Counted from the stretch's first letter, positions 25,030 to 37,918 are shown. The stretch is DNA of 64,000 bases from Isurus oxyrinchus (GCA_026770705.1 JANJGN010000052.1:2604001-2668000); one strand, 5' to 3'. Numbers and translations: made by a program. The notes: generated from the letters alone by a model not told the origin.

Positions 25030-28000
25030 GTATCATTTTCATATTTCTTGACAATTACATAAGTGTATAGATCTGTTGAGTATTTGAGTCTCTAAAGCGT
25101 AGAGGTAATCTGCTGTTATGTCGAGATCTTGTGGTGGCAAAATTGTCTGGAGGTTTCTTTAATTGCTCACATTGATCTGTGGGATTGTCATTCTTTGATG
25201 TTGTCCCTGGTTTCAATTGACATTACACCCTTGATGCAATTGAGGAGGCTTTAAACTAATATGGCAGGGGATGGGATCCCGAGAGGAGGTTCAACAGGGA
25301 GAGATGCACAGCCAAAATTAGAAGAGAGCAAATGAACCTGGAAGGCATAGAAATTATTGGCCATTTAAGGCTCAAGATAGCGTGGCAAAGTTGGATTGTA
25401 TTAATTTTAATGCAAGGAGTCTGACAGACTTGAATTCTCCTGCAGGTGTAATGTTGCAGCTGCCTTGAAACTGCCAATATTGTTGAATCTTTCTGCATAT
25501 TTCAATGTTATGTCATGAACTGAGTTTATGGGATAGTTTCTGAGACTGGGACAGACATAAATCCATTGGCTTTCAGCCGGACCGGACAATCTTGGAAGTG
25601 GGTGGGGCCAGAAAATCCCACCCCTATGGGAACATTTTCAGTTTATTTGATGTGCCCAGAGAGATCAATAAAGACCACAATCCACAATTTATTGGCAAGC
25701 CACGTCAGGATATGTGTGAGAGGTGGAATATCGATCACCGCTCCTAGTCTCGTCGTGTACATCATCGCCATTTCCTGGTTTGTCAGTCACCACATGTATA
25801 TGTTCCTGATGGGATAGCGGATGGTCATTCTTATTGCTTGAAGTTACCCCGTTGTGCAGGGTTTGTTTGGATCAGCGCACGGCTCTTTGTAGCTGCATCA
25901 GCCTTTGCTCTAGTGCCCTGCTGCTGTCAATGGCCCTTTCTGCCACAAGCCTTGCAGGATTGGTGGAAAGCTGGGCATTTCCTTGGTGCCTGCAGAAGGC
26001 CACACCTTCCACACGTCTCACTAGGTTTGGATGTTCTAGTGAGTGTGTCAACAATTGATGTTGTACTGAGGACCTGTAAGCTTCGTTGACCTGCGAGGAT
26101 CACTTCGTATTTATGTCCATCCTTGAGTAGCTCTTCAATGCTATAGGTTTTGGTCTTATCTAGCAGATCTTTCTGGAAGGCTTCCATGGGAGTGGATGTG
26201 ATCACCAACTCAACAACTCTGTCTGCAGACTCTGTGTTTGAAATCACAGCGCGTACCCTTTTCTCTACATCGGCTGATGAAGTGGTCTATGGATTGTGTA
26301 GGCTGATGAAATGACATAAACTCTAGTTGATGAATATGGAGTTTAACCTGATTCTGACCCTGTCTTCCAATGTCGTCCATATCTATTGGGGATCCTTTCG
26401 CTCTTCTGCTGTTAATCCTGACGTGTTCAGCCTGTGTAGACCTTCATTCCCAATCGCGAGGTGAATTTTTATGGCTTGTTCGTCTGGTTCAGTCACACCT
26501 GAATCAGGAAACCAGAGCTCTGTACGCTGTTTAAACATTCTGAATTCAGATAGTCGGTCAGCTACATCCCAGTTCAAACTGGGGAATTTCGTGGACATTC
26601 TGACAATATTCCTTTGACCTTCCTTCTCCTACAGGACCTGGGATGAGTGTCGCTTTAGCCCCTTTCGTGCGCTTTTCCGAAGCTCTGCCCACAGAGACGG
26701 GTTGTGGCAGGAACACACCACGGAGTAATGGAGTCTTTGTTTTTTATTCAATTTGCTGTTCATCAAACTCAAAGCCGTCCGTTATAATCACTAACTTGTC
26801 TGGGCTGATTTTTATAATGGTTTTTGTGTGTTTGACTCTCCCTCGCTCACTATCGATCCAGCCCACACCCTGGTCACTCGCCTTCCCTGACTGAGCTAAC
26901 CCGCTGCTGGTCCTGGCGATACACACTGTCCCACTCACTGACCTACAGGCTGTGTGCTGTAATCTCACCACGAGGGATCCGTCTGCTCCCCAGCTCTTTA
27001 CTTGAGCTCTTTCCCGTCACTGTGTCTTCAAAGGTTTCCTGAGCAGTCAGTACACTGCGATTTCAACCCTCTCTGATGCTGTGTCTCTGTTGTGGTCTGA
27101 CCAAAGCATCGAGGGTCGTCTCATGTCATGTAGCTCGATCTCAGGCTGTTCACCACGTCATACCTGTACTGAATCTTGCTGCCTGAATGTTTGGCCACCG
27201 CCGATCACCATGTTGTGTTTTTATAATGATATAAAGGCACCAGCCACTGATACGGAATTGGGTAAATACATTGTGGGTTCATTTATTTGGAATAGGGACA
27301 TGAGAACAGATATACAAGGATAGAAAGCTGGGAGACACCTGCAGCCAAACTGTGTGAGCTGTGTTCTGCTCACAGGCCAAAGTGAGACTTGGACTGGATG
27401 GTGTTACCATCCCAGCTGATGTTACTACTGGGCAAGTCAGATCCCAGGGTGGAACTCAGCTTGACAGGTCCTAACTTTTATTTTTTATTTAGGAATGTGG
27501 AGTGCGGCTACTGAACAGAGTCATAGGAGTCATCTGATGAACTTCTAACAAAAGAATAAAACATTTATTAAACTAGGAAAGACAAACTATATGACATTAC
27601 TCATTCACCCAGATCTATACCTTTGCAGATTCATAAGTAGAACACAAGTTACGATAACTATCTTATGCTCTCATGTTCACACTAAGTACACAGTCGATGT
27701 AAACCAATAGACGACCTGTGGTCAGGGACACCACATTCTGAAAGCAAGTGGCAGAGCCCACTTGAAACAAATTCTATGTCTCATCTGTCCCCAGATGCTT
27801 GTTGCACTGTGAGCCAACCAGTCTCACTGAAAAGCTTCTTTCATATGAGGGTTTCCAATCTCCACTCTCCAAGAACTCACTTTGGAATCTTCTCCAACAT
27901 GACACTTTCACTCAGACACCTTCCACAAGGGTCCACTTTCACTATTTCAAACTCTCCTTCCCATGTTCCTGCCCCCTGGATCGCCACGTGCATTCAGCCT

Positions 28001-28696
28001 TCCTTCCACGCCCTGTCTCTCCAATGCTCAGCCGTGTCAATGGAACACCATGGCTTCACATGGCCATAGTAATGAGTCACCAACCTGTGGTGTCTCCTAG
28101 GATCTTCTGGCTTCTCGCAAGCCTATTTTGCTTTAGGCCTGTGTCCTGCTGCTTTCTCCCTTTAAGCTTGAAGCCTTCTTCTGCTCCTCACTCTTAACTT
28201 CACTTAACAGGGCCTTTCCCAGATTTGACTAGAAGGTTTTCTTGGGCCCTTTCTCCTGTCAAACTCGATAGTTTTGGCTTCTTCTTTACTTTGGGACTGA
28301 CTATCTGTCCCGCTCCTTTGCTGCTTCTCCTGGCAACTCCTTTCAACAGAACTGAAAGTACTTTTCTGTTTTTCTCGGTCTCTGTGGGTCCTTCCCCCTG
28401 CATCACTGTTGCTAGGCAACAGCACAGTTTCTTACACCTTGTATTTGTTTTGACTTCCCTTCAACAGTCATAAAACCTCAATGGAATGCTGGCTTCTTTT
28501 TAACTCAAGTTCCCCCTTTTCTCAACACCCAAATACAGAAATACAAACTAACCTTGAATTGAAAGATAGACCTTTTGCCTAACGCACACAAATACACAGA
28601 GAACTTACTTAAGCGAACACCAGTTCCTAAAAATCACATGACACACTTCCCCTCGAGTGATGTCATGCTGCTGTCCCTGAAAGGCATATTACAACA
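25030..28696 (-). mobile_element. Paralogous, more deleted Gypsy remnant with nested solo LTR (27402-28643)
   Basis: gag ORF remnants 25927-26247 and 26383-26598 are near-identical to those at 10971-11642; same LTR nesting. Confidence 0.85.
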
Positions 28697-29319
28697 GTGT
28701 TATCACTTGGCAGGTGATGTGTGCCAGGCAGACCAAGTCCTTGAGAGAAACCTGGTCACACTATCATAATGATTTTGCAATTTGCATTTATTATGAGATG
28801 TGTGCACTTAATTCAGAAGCAATAACTCCACCAATACCTTTAGAGATTTAAAACAATAAATTAACATATTTGTCATCAAAATAAAAGATTTCAAGCACAT
28901 ACATAATGACAATGACTGCTATCATAAATCCTAAAATTCCTAATTAACCTGACTCCCAGTTACACTCCCTTTAAGGCAACAGACCAAAAATAGATGTTAG
29001 ATTTAAAACAAAATCAGCAAGTTAACCCAATGCCCCGGACAGTGGAATTCCAAATGCATTGTCCCCAACTTCAGTTCTGTTGGAGAACAGGCTTCTGCAC
29101 AAACAGGGTCCTGAGGACCATGAACCAATGTAGAATGAACTTTTCCTCTTTTGTGTCCAGGATTCTCTTCCATCTGGTGTGATACCTTGTGGAGTTCATT
29201 GTGTGTCCTGTAGATGGTCCACACTGCAGCCACTGTGCCCCAGTGATGGAGGGGGTGGATATCGAGTCTAGTGGATCAACAAACCATCCAGAGTTAAATA
29301 TTGATATTTCTCTCCCCAG

Positions 29320-29697
29320 TTGGATTGTCACAAGAGTGGAAAGGTGACACTCCACGAGAGGTGACAGCGCAGGAAGGTTCGTGTGTACAGATTCCATGTC
29401 ATTACAGTTATCCATCAGATTTGGTAAAGAAACCACAGGTCGGAATCTGGAAAATGAGAAGATACATACGGAACAAATGGTCTAAATGGTCTATAGCCTT
29501 TCACTCCAAGGGTCACAGTCGCGCGTTATCACAGTTCCACCATCGGACCCGGCTGTCTGGAGACCTGAAAGATGGCGACTGTTCCCTGATTATAAACAAC
29601 ATCAGACGGGAAGATGCAGGACCTTATTTTTTCACGATAAAATTTGGCAATGGTCTGAGCCATAACGTTTCCCCTGAAACCCAGCTTCACGTTTCTG
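29320..29697 (+). CDS. Gene B V3 (outermost): Siglec V-set exon with essential Arg changed to Thr (YFFTIK)
   Basis: 378 nt open, AG/GT flanks, ACG at 29634-29636, longer basic C-C' loop. Confidence 0.92.
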
Positions 29698-29929
29698 GTA
29701 AGTGCTGTGTTATAATTACTCACCAATTCACATCCAACACTCAATGGGAAATAATAGTGTTTGATTTGCTTGTTTTTTGGCTGTGTTAACCAGCGTCACT
29801 ATTTTTAATGATTTGTCTATTTCTGCTCCCAGATCCATGAGCTTATTGTGTGTGATTGAATCCACATCATAGCTGTAACGTAAACCGAGCTGAGGGGTGA
29901 TGACACCTCCCCCCTGAGTGAAGTGTCTC

Positions 29930-30960
29930 CTCCCCACTACACCTTCCACCCCTCACACTGTCCGTGTAAACCCCCGTCCCATCTCCAGCCTCTCTTTCCC
30001 CTCCAAAGTCCTTGAACGTGTTTCCATCTCCCGAATCCGGTTCCATCATTCCCGGAACTCCATGTTTGAATCCCTCCAATCAGGTTCCCACCCCAGCCAC
30101 TGTGCTGAAACAGCTCTTATCAAGGTCACAAATGGCATCCTGTGTGACTGTGACAAAGGTCAACTTTCCCTCCTCGTCCTTCTCGATCTGTCTGCAGCCT
30201 TTGACACGCTCGACCACACCATCCTCCTCCAACCCCTCTCCACTGTCGTCCAGCTGGGTGGGACTGCTCTCCCCTGGCTCCATTCTTATCCATCTCATCG
30301 TAGCCAGAGAATCACTTGCAATGGCTTTGCAGCATCATCTGAACAGTATTAGTTTTCACCTGTCCACTGAGGATCCCCAGCTCTACCTCACCACCACCTC
30401 TCTCGACTCCTCCACTGCTGCTAAATTATCAGGCTGCTTATCCGACATCCAGTACTGGATGGGCAGAAATTCCCTCCAATTAAATATTGGAAAGACTGAA
30501 GCCATTGTCTTCATTCCCCGCTCCAAACTCTGTTCCCTCGCTACCAACTCCATTCCTCTCCCTGGCAGCTCTCTGAGATTGAAGCCAATCTGTTCACAGC
30601 TTTGTTGTCCCATTTGATCCTGAGATGAGCTTCCGGCCTCATATCTGCGCCCTCACTAACACCGTCTATTTCCACCTCCATAACGTCGTACGACTTCACC
30701 CTGTCTCAGCTCATCTGCTGCTGAAACCCTCATCCACACCTTCATTACCTCCAGACTCGACTGTTCCAACACATGCTCTACACTCCATAAACTTGAGGCC
30801 ATCCAAAACTTCTGACCACGTCCTTACTCACACCAAGTCCCGTTCCCTTATCACCCGCTCTGCTCGATGACCGAGACTGGCTCCTGGTCAAGCAAAGTCT
30901 CAATGTCCAAATTTTTGAATATTTTTCCTCCCTATTACAGTAATCTCCTCCTTTATCTTC
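29930..30960 (+). mobile_element. L2-type LINE reverse-transcriptase fragment; duplicate at about 33490-34520
   Basis: ETALIKVTNGIL...LLVLLDLSAAFDTLDHTILL and LQLNIGKTEAIVF motifs, frameshifted. Confidence 0.85.
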
Positions 30961-30984
30961 ATCCACGGCAACATTCCCTATCGC

Positions 30985-31927
30985 AGGAGCCTCCTCCAGT
31001 CCCTACAACCCTCTCTATCTCAGGAGCCTCCTCCAGTCCCTACAACCCTCCCTATCTCAGGAGCCTCCTCCAGTCCCTACAACCCTCCCTATCTCAGGAG
31101 ACTCCTCCAGTCTCTACAACCCTCCTATCTCAGTACTCTCTTCCAATCCCGAAAACCATTCCTATCACTGCAAACTCCTCCGGACCCAACACCCCTCCCT
31201 ATCTCTTTAACCTCCTCAAGCCCCGATAACCCTCGCGATATTTGTAGCCTCCTCCAGTCCTAACAACCTCCCCTATCTCTGCAACCTCCTCCAGACCGAA
31301 TACCTCTCCCTATCTCTGTAAGCTGGTCCATCTCTTACAATCCTTCATATTTCTGTAACCTCCTCCAGCCCACTACAACCCTCCCTATCTCTGTAACCTC
31401 CTCCAGTCCCTAAGAGTTTCCTTTATCTCTGTAACCTCCTCCAGCCATTATAACCCTCCCTATCTCTGTAGCCTCCCTCAGCCCCAGCCACACTCCATAT
31501 CTATGTAACCTCGTCCTGCCCTTACAACCCTCCCTATCTCTGTAACCCCATCCTGCCCCAAAAACTCCCCCATCTCTGTAAACTCCTCCAGTCCCTGCAA
31601 CCTTCCCTACCTCTGAAACATCCACCAGCCTTTCCAACCCTCCCTACCTCTGCAATCCGTCCAGCCCCTACAACTCTTCCTATCCCTGTAAACTCCTCCT
31701 GCCCCTAAAACCCTCTCTGCCCTTGCAGCCTCCTCCAGTCCCTACACGCTCCCCATCTCCATAAACTCCTCAAATCCCTACAGCCCTCCCTATCTCTGCA
31801 ACCTCCTCCAGGTCCTACCACCCTCCCTCTCTGCGTAACCTCCTCCAGTATCTACAGCCCTCCCTATCTCTGTTACCTCCTCCAGCCCCCACAAACCTCC
31901 CTATCTGTGTAACCTCCTCCAGCCCCT
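30985..31927. repeat. Degenerate 37-bp minisatellite (CTCTGTAACCTCCTCCAGCCCCTACAACCCTCCCTAT)n; duplicate at about 34530-35471
   Basis: Tandem pyrimidine-rich units following the L2 fragment. Confidence 0.85.
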
Positions 31928-32888
31928 GATGGAAGGTGGGTCGAGCGGGTCAGTCACTTGCATGTTTATTCTGCAGCTTTAATATTTTAAGATGGTAAGA
32001 ATGTAGGAACATAAGAAATAGGGACAGGAGCAGGCCATTCGGCCCCTCGAGCCTGCTCTCACTGATCTGGTTGTGGCCTTAACTCCATTTTCCTGCCTGT
32101 CCCCCAAACCCTTGACTCCCTTGTCGATCAAAAACCTGCCTCACTCAGCCTTGAGTCTATTCAATGGCCCAGCCTCCAGTGCTCTCTGGGGAAGAGAATT
32201 CCACAGGCTAGCGCCCCTCTGAGAGAGGAAATTCCTCCTCATCTCAGTCTTAAATGGGAGAGCCCTCATTCCGAAACTGTGCTCCCTGGTTCTAGATTCC
32301 CCCACGAGGGGGAAACATCCTCCCAGCATTCACCCTGTCAAGCCCCCTCGGAATCGGATATGTTTCAATAAGGTCACCCCTCATTCTTCTAAACTCCAAT
32401 GGATACAGGCCCAACCTGCTCAACATTTCCTCACAGGACAAACCCTTTAATCCCAGGAATCAGCCCAGTGAACCTCCTCTGGACTGCATTCAATGCAACT
32501 CTATCCCTCCATAAGTAAGGAGACCAGAACTGTACACACTGCTCCTGATACAATCTCACCCTGTGCAGCTGTTGCAAGACTTCCCTCCTTTTATACTCCA
32601 TCCCTTTGCAATAAAGGCCAACATTCCACTTGCCTTCCTCATTCCGTGGTGTTCCTGAATGCTGACTTTCTGTGATTCATGTACAAGGACACCCAGATCC
32701 CTCTGTACTGCATTCTGCAGCCTGTCTCCATTTAAATAATATCCTGTTTTTCTATTCTTCCTGCCAAAATAATTTGTTGCCATTCTCCTCAGTATTGACC
32801 ATCCCCCCAATTCAGCCTCATCAGTAAATTTTGAGTCTAGTGGATCCACAAACCATCCAGAGTTAAATATTGAGATTTCTCTCCCCAG

Positions 32889-33257
32889 ATGAACCCTCAC
32901 AAGAGTGGAAAGGTGACACTCCACGAGAGGTGACAGCGCAGGAAGGTTCGTGTGTACAGATTCCATGTCATTACAGTTATCCATCGTGTCTGGAAAACCA
33001 AACGCGAGGTGGAGTCTGGTTTAATAATGAGAAACAGATTCCCTGGGCTCCCATTGCCTTTCACTCCAAGGATCACCGTCACGAGTTACCACGGTTGCAC
33101 CATCGGACCCGGCTGTCTGGAGACCTGAAAGATGGCGACTGTTCTCTGATTATAAACAACATCAGACGGGAAGATGCAGGACCTTATTTTTTCAGGATAG
33201 AATTTGACAATGGTCCGAGCCATAACTATTACCCTGTAACCCGGCTTCACGTTTCTG
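32889..33257 (+). CDS. Gene B V4: Siglec V-set exon, Arg present, extra B-C loop Cys
   Basis: 369 nt open, CCCCAG acceptor, GTAAGT donor. Confidence 0.92.
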
Positions 33258-36200
33258 GTAAGTGCTGTGTTATAATTACTCAACAATTCACATCCAACAC
33301 TCAATGGGAAATAATAGTGTTTGATTTGCTTGTTTTTTGGCCGTGTTAACCAGCGTCACTATTTTTAATGATTTGTCTATTTCTGCTCCCAGATCCATGA
33401 GCTTATTGTGTGTGATTGAATCCACATCATAGCTGTAACGTAAACCGAGCTGAGGGGTGATGACACCTCCCCCCTGAGTGAAGTGTCTCCTCCCCACTAC
33501 ACCTTCCACCCCTCACACTGTCCGTGTAAACCCCCGTCCCATCTCCAGCCTCTCTTTCCCCTCCAAAGTCCTTGAACGTGTTTCCATCTCCCGAATCCGG
33601 TTCAATCTTTCCCGGAACTCCATGTTTGAATCCCTCCAATCAGGTTCCCAGCCCAGCCACTGTGCTGAAACAGCTCTTATCAAGGTCACAAATGGCATCC
33701 TGTGTGACTGTGACAAAGGTCAACTTTCCCTCCTCGTCCTTCTCGATCTGTCTGCAGCCTTTGACACGCTCGACCACACCATCCTCCTCCAACACCTGTC
33801 CACTGTCGTCCAGCTGGGTGGGACTGCTCTCCCCTGGCTCCATTCTTATCCATCTCATCGTAGCCAGAGAATCACTTGCAATGGCTTTGCAGCATCATCT
33901 GAACAGTGTTAGTTTTCACCTGTCCACTGAGGATCCCCAGCTCTACCTCACCACCACCTCTCTCGACTCCTCCACTGCTGCTAAATTATCAGGCTGCTTA
34001 TCCGACATCCAGTACTGGATGGGCAGAAATTCCCTCCAATTAAATATTGGAAAGACTGAAGCCATTGTCTTCATTCCCCGCTCCAAACTCTGTTCCCTCG
34101 CTACCAATTCCATTCCTCTCCCTGGCAGCTCTCTGAGATTGAAGCCAATCTGTTCACAGCTTTGTTGTCCCATTTGATCCTGAGATGAGCTTCCGGCCTC
34201 ATATCTGCGCCCTCACTAACACCGTCTATTTCCACCTCCATAACGTCGTACGACTTCACCCTGTCTCAGCTCATCTGCTGCTGAAACCCTCATCCACGCC
34301 TTCATTACCTCCAGACTCGACTGTTCCAACACATGCTCTACACTCCATAAACTTGAGGCCATCCAAAACTGCTGACCACGTCCTTACTCACACCAAGTCC
34401 CGTTCCCTTATGATGACCGAGACTGGCTCCTGGTCAAGCAAAGTCTCAATGTCCAAATTTTTGAATATTTTTCCTCCCTATTACAGTAATCTCCTCCTTT
34501 ATCTTCATCCACGGCAACATTCCCTATCGCAGGAGCCTCCTCCAGTCCCTACAACCCTCTCTATCTCAGGAGCCTCCTCCAGTCCCTACAACCCTCCCTA
34601 TCTCAGGAGCCTCCTCCAGTCCCTACAACCCTCCCTATCTCAGGAGACTCCTCCAGTCCCTACAACCCTCCTATCTCAGTACTCTCTTCCAATCCCGAAA
34701 ACCATTCCTATCACTGCAAACTCCTCCGGACCCAACACCCCTCCCTATCTCTTTAACCTCCTCAAGCCCCGATAACCCTCGCGATATTTGTAGCCTCCTC
34801 CAGTCCTAACAACCTCCACTATCTCTGCAAACTCCTCCAGACCGAATACCTCTCCCTATCTCTGTAAGCTGGTCCATCTCTTACAACCCTTCATATTTCT
34901 GTAACCTCCTCCAGCCCACTACAACCCTCCCTATCTCTGTAACCTCCTCCAGTCCCTAAGAGTTTCCTTCATCTCTGTAACTCCTCCAGCCATTATAACC
35001 CTCCCTATCTCTGTAGCCTCCCTCAGCCCCAGCCACACTCCATATCTATGTAACCTCGTCCTGCCCCTACAACCCTCCCTATCTCTGTAACCCCATCCTG
35101 CCCCAAAAACTCCCCCATCTCTGTAAACTCCTCCAGTCCCTGCAACCTTCCCTACCTCTGAAACCTCCACCAGCCTTTCCAACCCTCCCTACCTCTGCAA
35201 TCCGTCCAGCCCCTACAACTCTTCCTATCCCTGTAAACTCCTCCTGCCCCTAAAACCCTCTCTGCCCTTGCAGCCTCCTCCAGTCCCTACACGTTCCCCA
35301 TCTCCATAAACTCCTCAAATCCCTATAGCCCTCCCTATCTCTGCAACCTCCTCCAGGTCCTACCACCCTCCCTATCTGCGTAATGTCCTCCAGTATCTAC
35401 AGCCCTCCCTATCTCTGTTACCTCCTCCAGCCCCCACAAACCTCCCTATCTGTGTAACCTCCTCCAGCCCCTGATGGAAGGTGGGTCGAGCGGGTCAGTC
35501 ACTTGCATGTTTATTCTGCAGCTTTAATATTTTAAGAAGGTAAGAATGTAGGAACATAAGAAATAGGGACAGGAGCAGGCCATTCGGCCCCTCGAGCCTG
35601 CTCTCACTGATCTGGTTATGGCCTTAACTCCATTTTCCTGCCTGTCCCCCAAACCCTTGACTCCCTTGTCGATCAAAAACCTGCCTCACTCAGCCTTGAG
35701 TCTATTCAATGGCCCAGCCTCCACTGCTCTCTGGGGAAGAGAATTCCACAGGCTAGCGCCCCTCTGAGAGAGGAAATTCCTCCTCATCTCAGTCTTAGAT
35801 GGGAGAGCCCTCATTCCGAAACTGTGCTCCCTGGTTCTAGATTCCCCCACGAGGGGGAAACATCCTCCCAGCTTCCACCCTGTCAAGCCCCCTCGGAATC
35901 GGATATGTTTCAATAAGGTCACCCCTCATTCTTCTAAACTCCAATGGATACAGGCCCAACCTGCTCAACATTTCCTCACAGGACAAACCCTTTAATCCCA
36001 GGAATCAGCCCAGTGAACCTCCTCTGAACTGCCTCCAATGCAACTCTATCCCTCCCTAAGTAAGGAGACCAGAACTGTACACACTGCTCCTGATACAATC
36101 TCACCAACGCCCTGTGCAGCTGCTGCAAGACTTCCCTCCTTTTATACCCCATCCCTTTGCAATAAAGGCCAACATTCCACTTGCCTTCCTCATTCCGTGG

Positions 36201-36439
36201 TGTTCCTGAATGCTGACTTTCTGTGATTCATGTACAAGGACACCCAGATCCCTCTGTACTGCATTCTGCAGCCTGTCTCCATTTAAATAATATCCTGTTT
36301 TTCTATTCTTCCTGCCAAAATAATTTGTTGCCATTCTCCTCAGTATTGACCATCCCCCCAATTCAGCCTCATCAGTAAATTTTGAGTCTAGTGGATCCAC
36401 AAACCATCCAGAGTTAAATATTGAGATTTCTCTCCCCAG

Positions 36440-36808
36440 ATAAACCCTCACAAGAGTGGAAAGGTGACAGTCCACGAGAGGTGACAGCACAGGAAGGTTC
36501 GTGTGTACAGATTCCATGTCATTACAGTTATCCATTGTGTCCGGAAAACCAACCGCGAGGTGGAGTCTGGTTTAATAATGAGAAACAGATTCCCTGGGCT
36601 CCCATTGCCTTTCACTCCAAGGATCACAGTCACGAGTTACCACGGTTCCGCCATCGGATCCGGCTGTCTGGAGACCTGAAAGATGGCGACTGTTCCCTGA
36701 TTATAAACAACATCAGACGGGAAGATGCAGGACCTTATTTTTTCAGAATAGAATTTGACAATGGTCCGAGCCATAACTATTACCCTGTAACCCAGCTTCA
36801 CGTTTCTG
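36440..36808 (+). CDS. Gene B V5: Siglec V-set exon, Arg present, extra B-C loop Cys
   Basis: 369 nt open, CCCCAG acceptor, GTAAGT donor. Confidence 0.92.
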
Positions 36809-37621
36809 GTAAGTGCTGTGTTATAATTACTCAACAATTCACATCCAACACTCAATGGGAAATAACACAAACTGTGACGTTTACATATTAACACAAAACA
36901 CAGCTTATTATCACACACCGTCTGATTCTCAATAACCTGGTGATAGCTTCCAGTTCAGTCCTAAAACAACCTCTAATACTCACTTTAATATCAGTGATTA
37001 AATGTATTGACTGTGTCCATCAATGTTATCAGGTTATCCACTTACATCAATCTCCCTAATCCTGTTTAAAATTCTTACATTTCAACAAAAGAAAGATTTG
37101 CATTTCTATAGCGCCTTTCACCACCTCTGGACATCGCAAATGGATTCACAACCATTGAAATAATTCTTGAAATGTAGCCCTTGTTGTAATATAGGAAACA
37201 CAGCAGCCAACATGTGCACAGGAAGCTCCCAGAAACAGCAATGTGATCAATAACCTGATCATCTGCTTTAAATGCCGGTTCAGTGATTGGTTCAAATGGA
37301 TTCTCTCCTGCTGGGAACAGGATAGAATTGAAATCTGGCAGATTTCGGAGAAAGTAACAAGCCAGTGTGTCAGGAACTGTGAGCTGATCCCCCACCCTCA
37401 CCCGGGATTGTCAATTCAATTGTCTCAAAGTGGAAGTGAATTCATCTGAGTGACAGAAACTCCACTAAGTCTGAAAATAGGAAAGTCTCTCCTGATCGTT
37501 GTAATCTCTCAGTTCTGATATCATCCTTGTAAAAGTGCTTTTTCTTGTGGGACTGTGATTTCTATTTGAACTGATGCTTCACGTTATATTTCTCTAAAAG
37601 GATCCATTCTCTGTCTGTTAG

Positions 37622-37918
37622 ATTTCACAGATAAACCCACGATATTCCCTGCTGAAATTATTGCAGGGAAGCGTGTGGATGTAAGCTGCACCTTCAACAC
37701 AACGTGCAATGGAACAGCAGCACCTGTCTTAACCTGGGACACTCCCACTGACGTACCTGGATCCGTTTCAAACACTGTAACTCAGCATGGTGTCACTCTG
37801 ACCTATACTTCTGTTCTGACCCTGATCCCATCACTCAAACACCACGGACACACTCTCAGCTGCAGAGTGAGATATCCATCTGTTTCATCGGAGCGGACCC
37901 TCGTATTAACTGTACAAG
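37622..37918 (+). CDS. Gene B C2-set exon 1, protein identical to gene A C2-1
   Basis: 297 nt, AG/GT flanks, phase 1-1. Confidence 0.93.

Noticed and set aside
14351-36808. Multiple V exons as rearranging (V(D)J-like) gene segments
   Set aside because: Each V exon is complete through the G strand and ends in a GT donor. I saw no heptamer/nonamer signal pairs or J segments next to them.
29320-36808. Dscam- or protocadherin-like mutually exclusive V exon choice
   Set aside because: Phases allow it, but the extra Cys and the polar N-termini of the inner V exons favour tandem inclusion. It cannot be fully excluded without transcripts.
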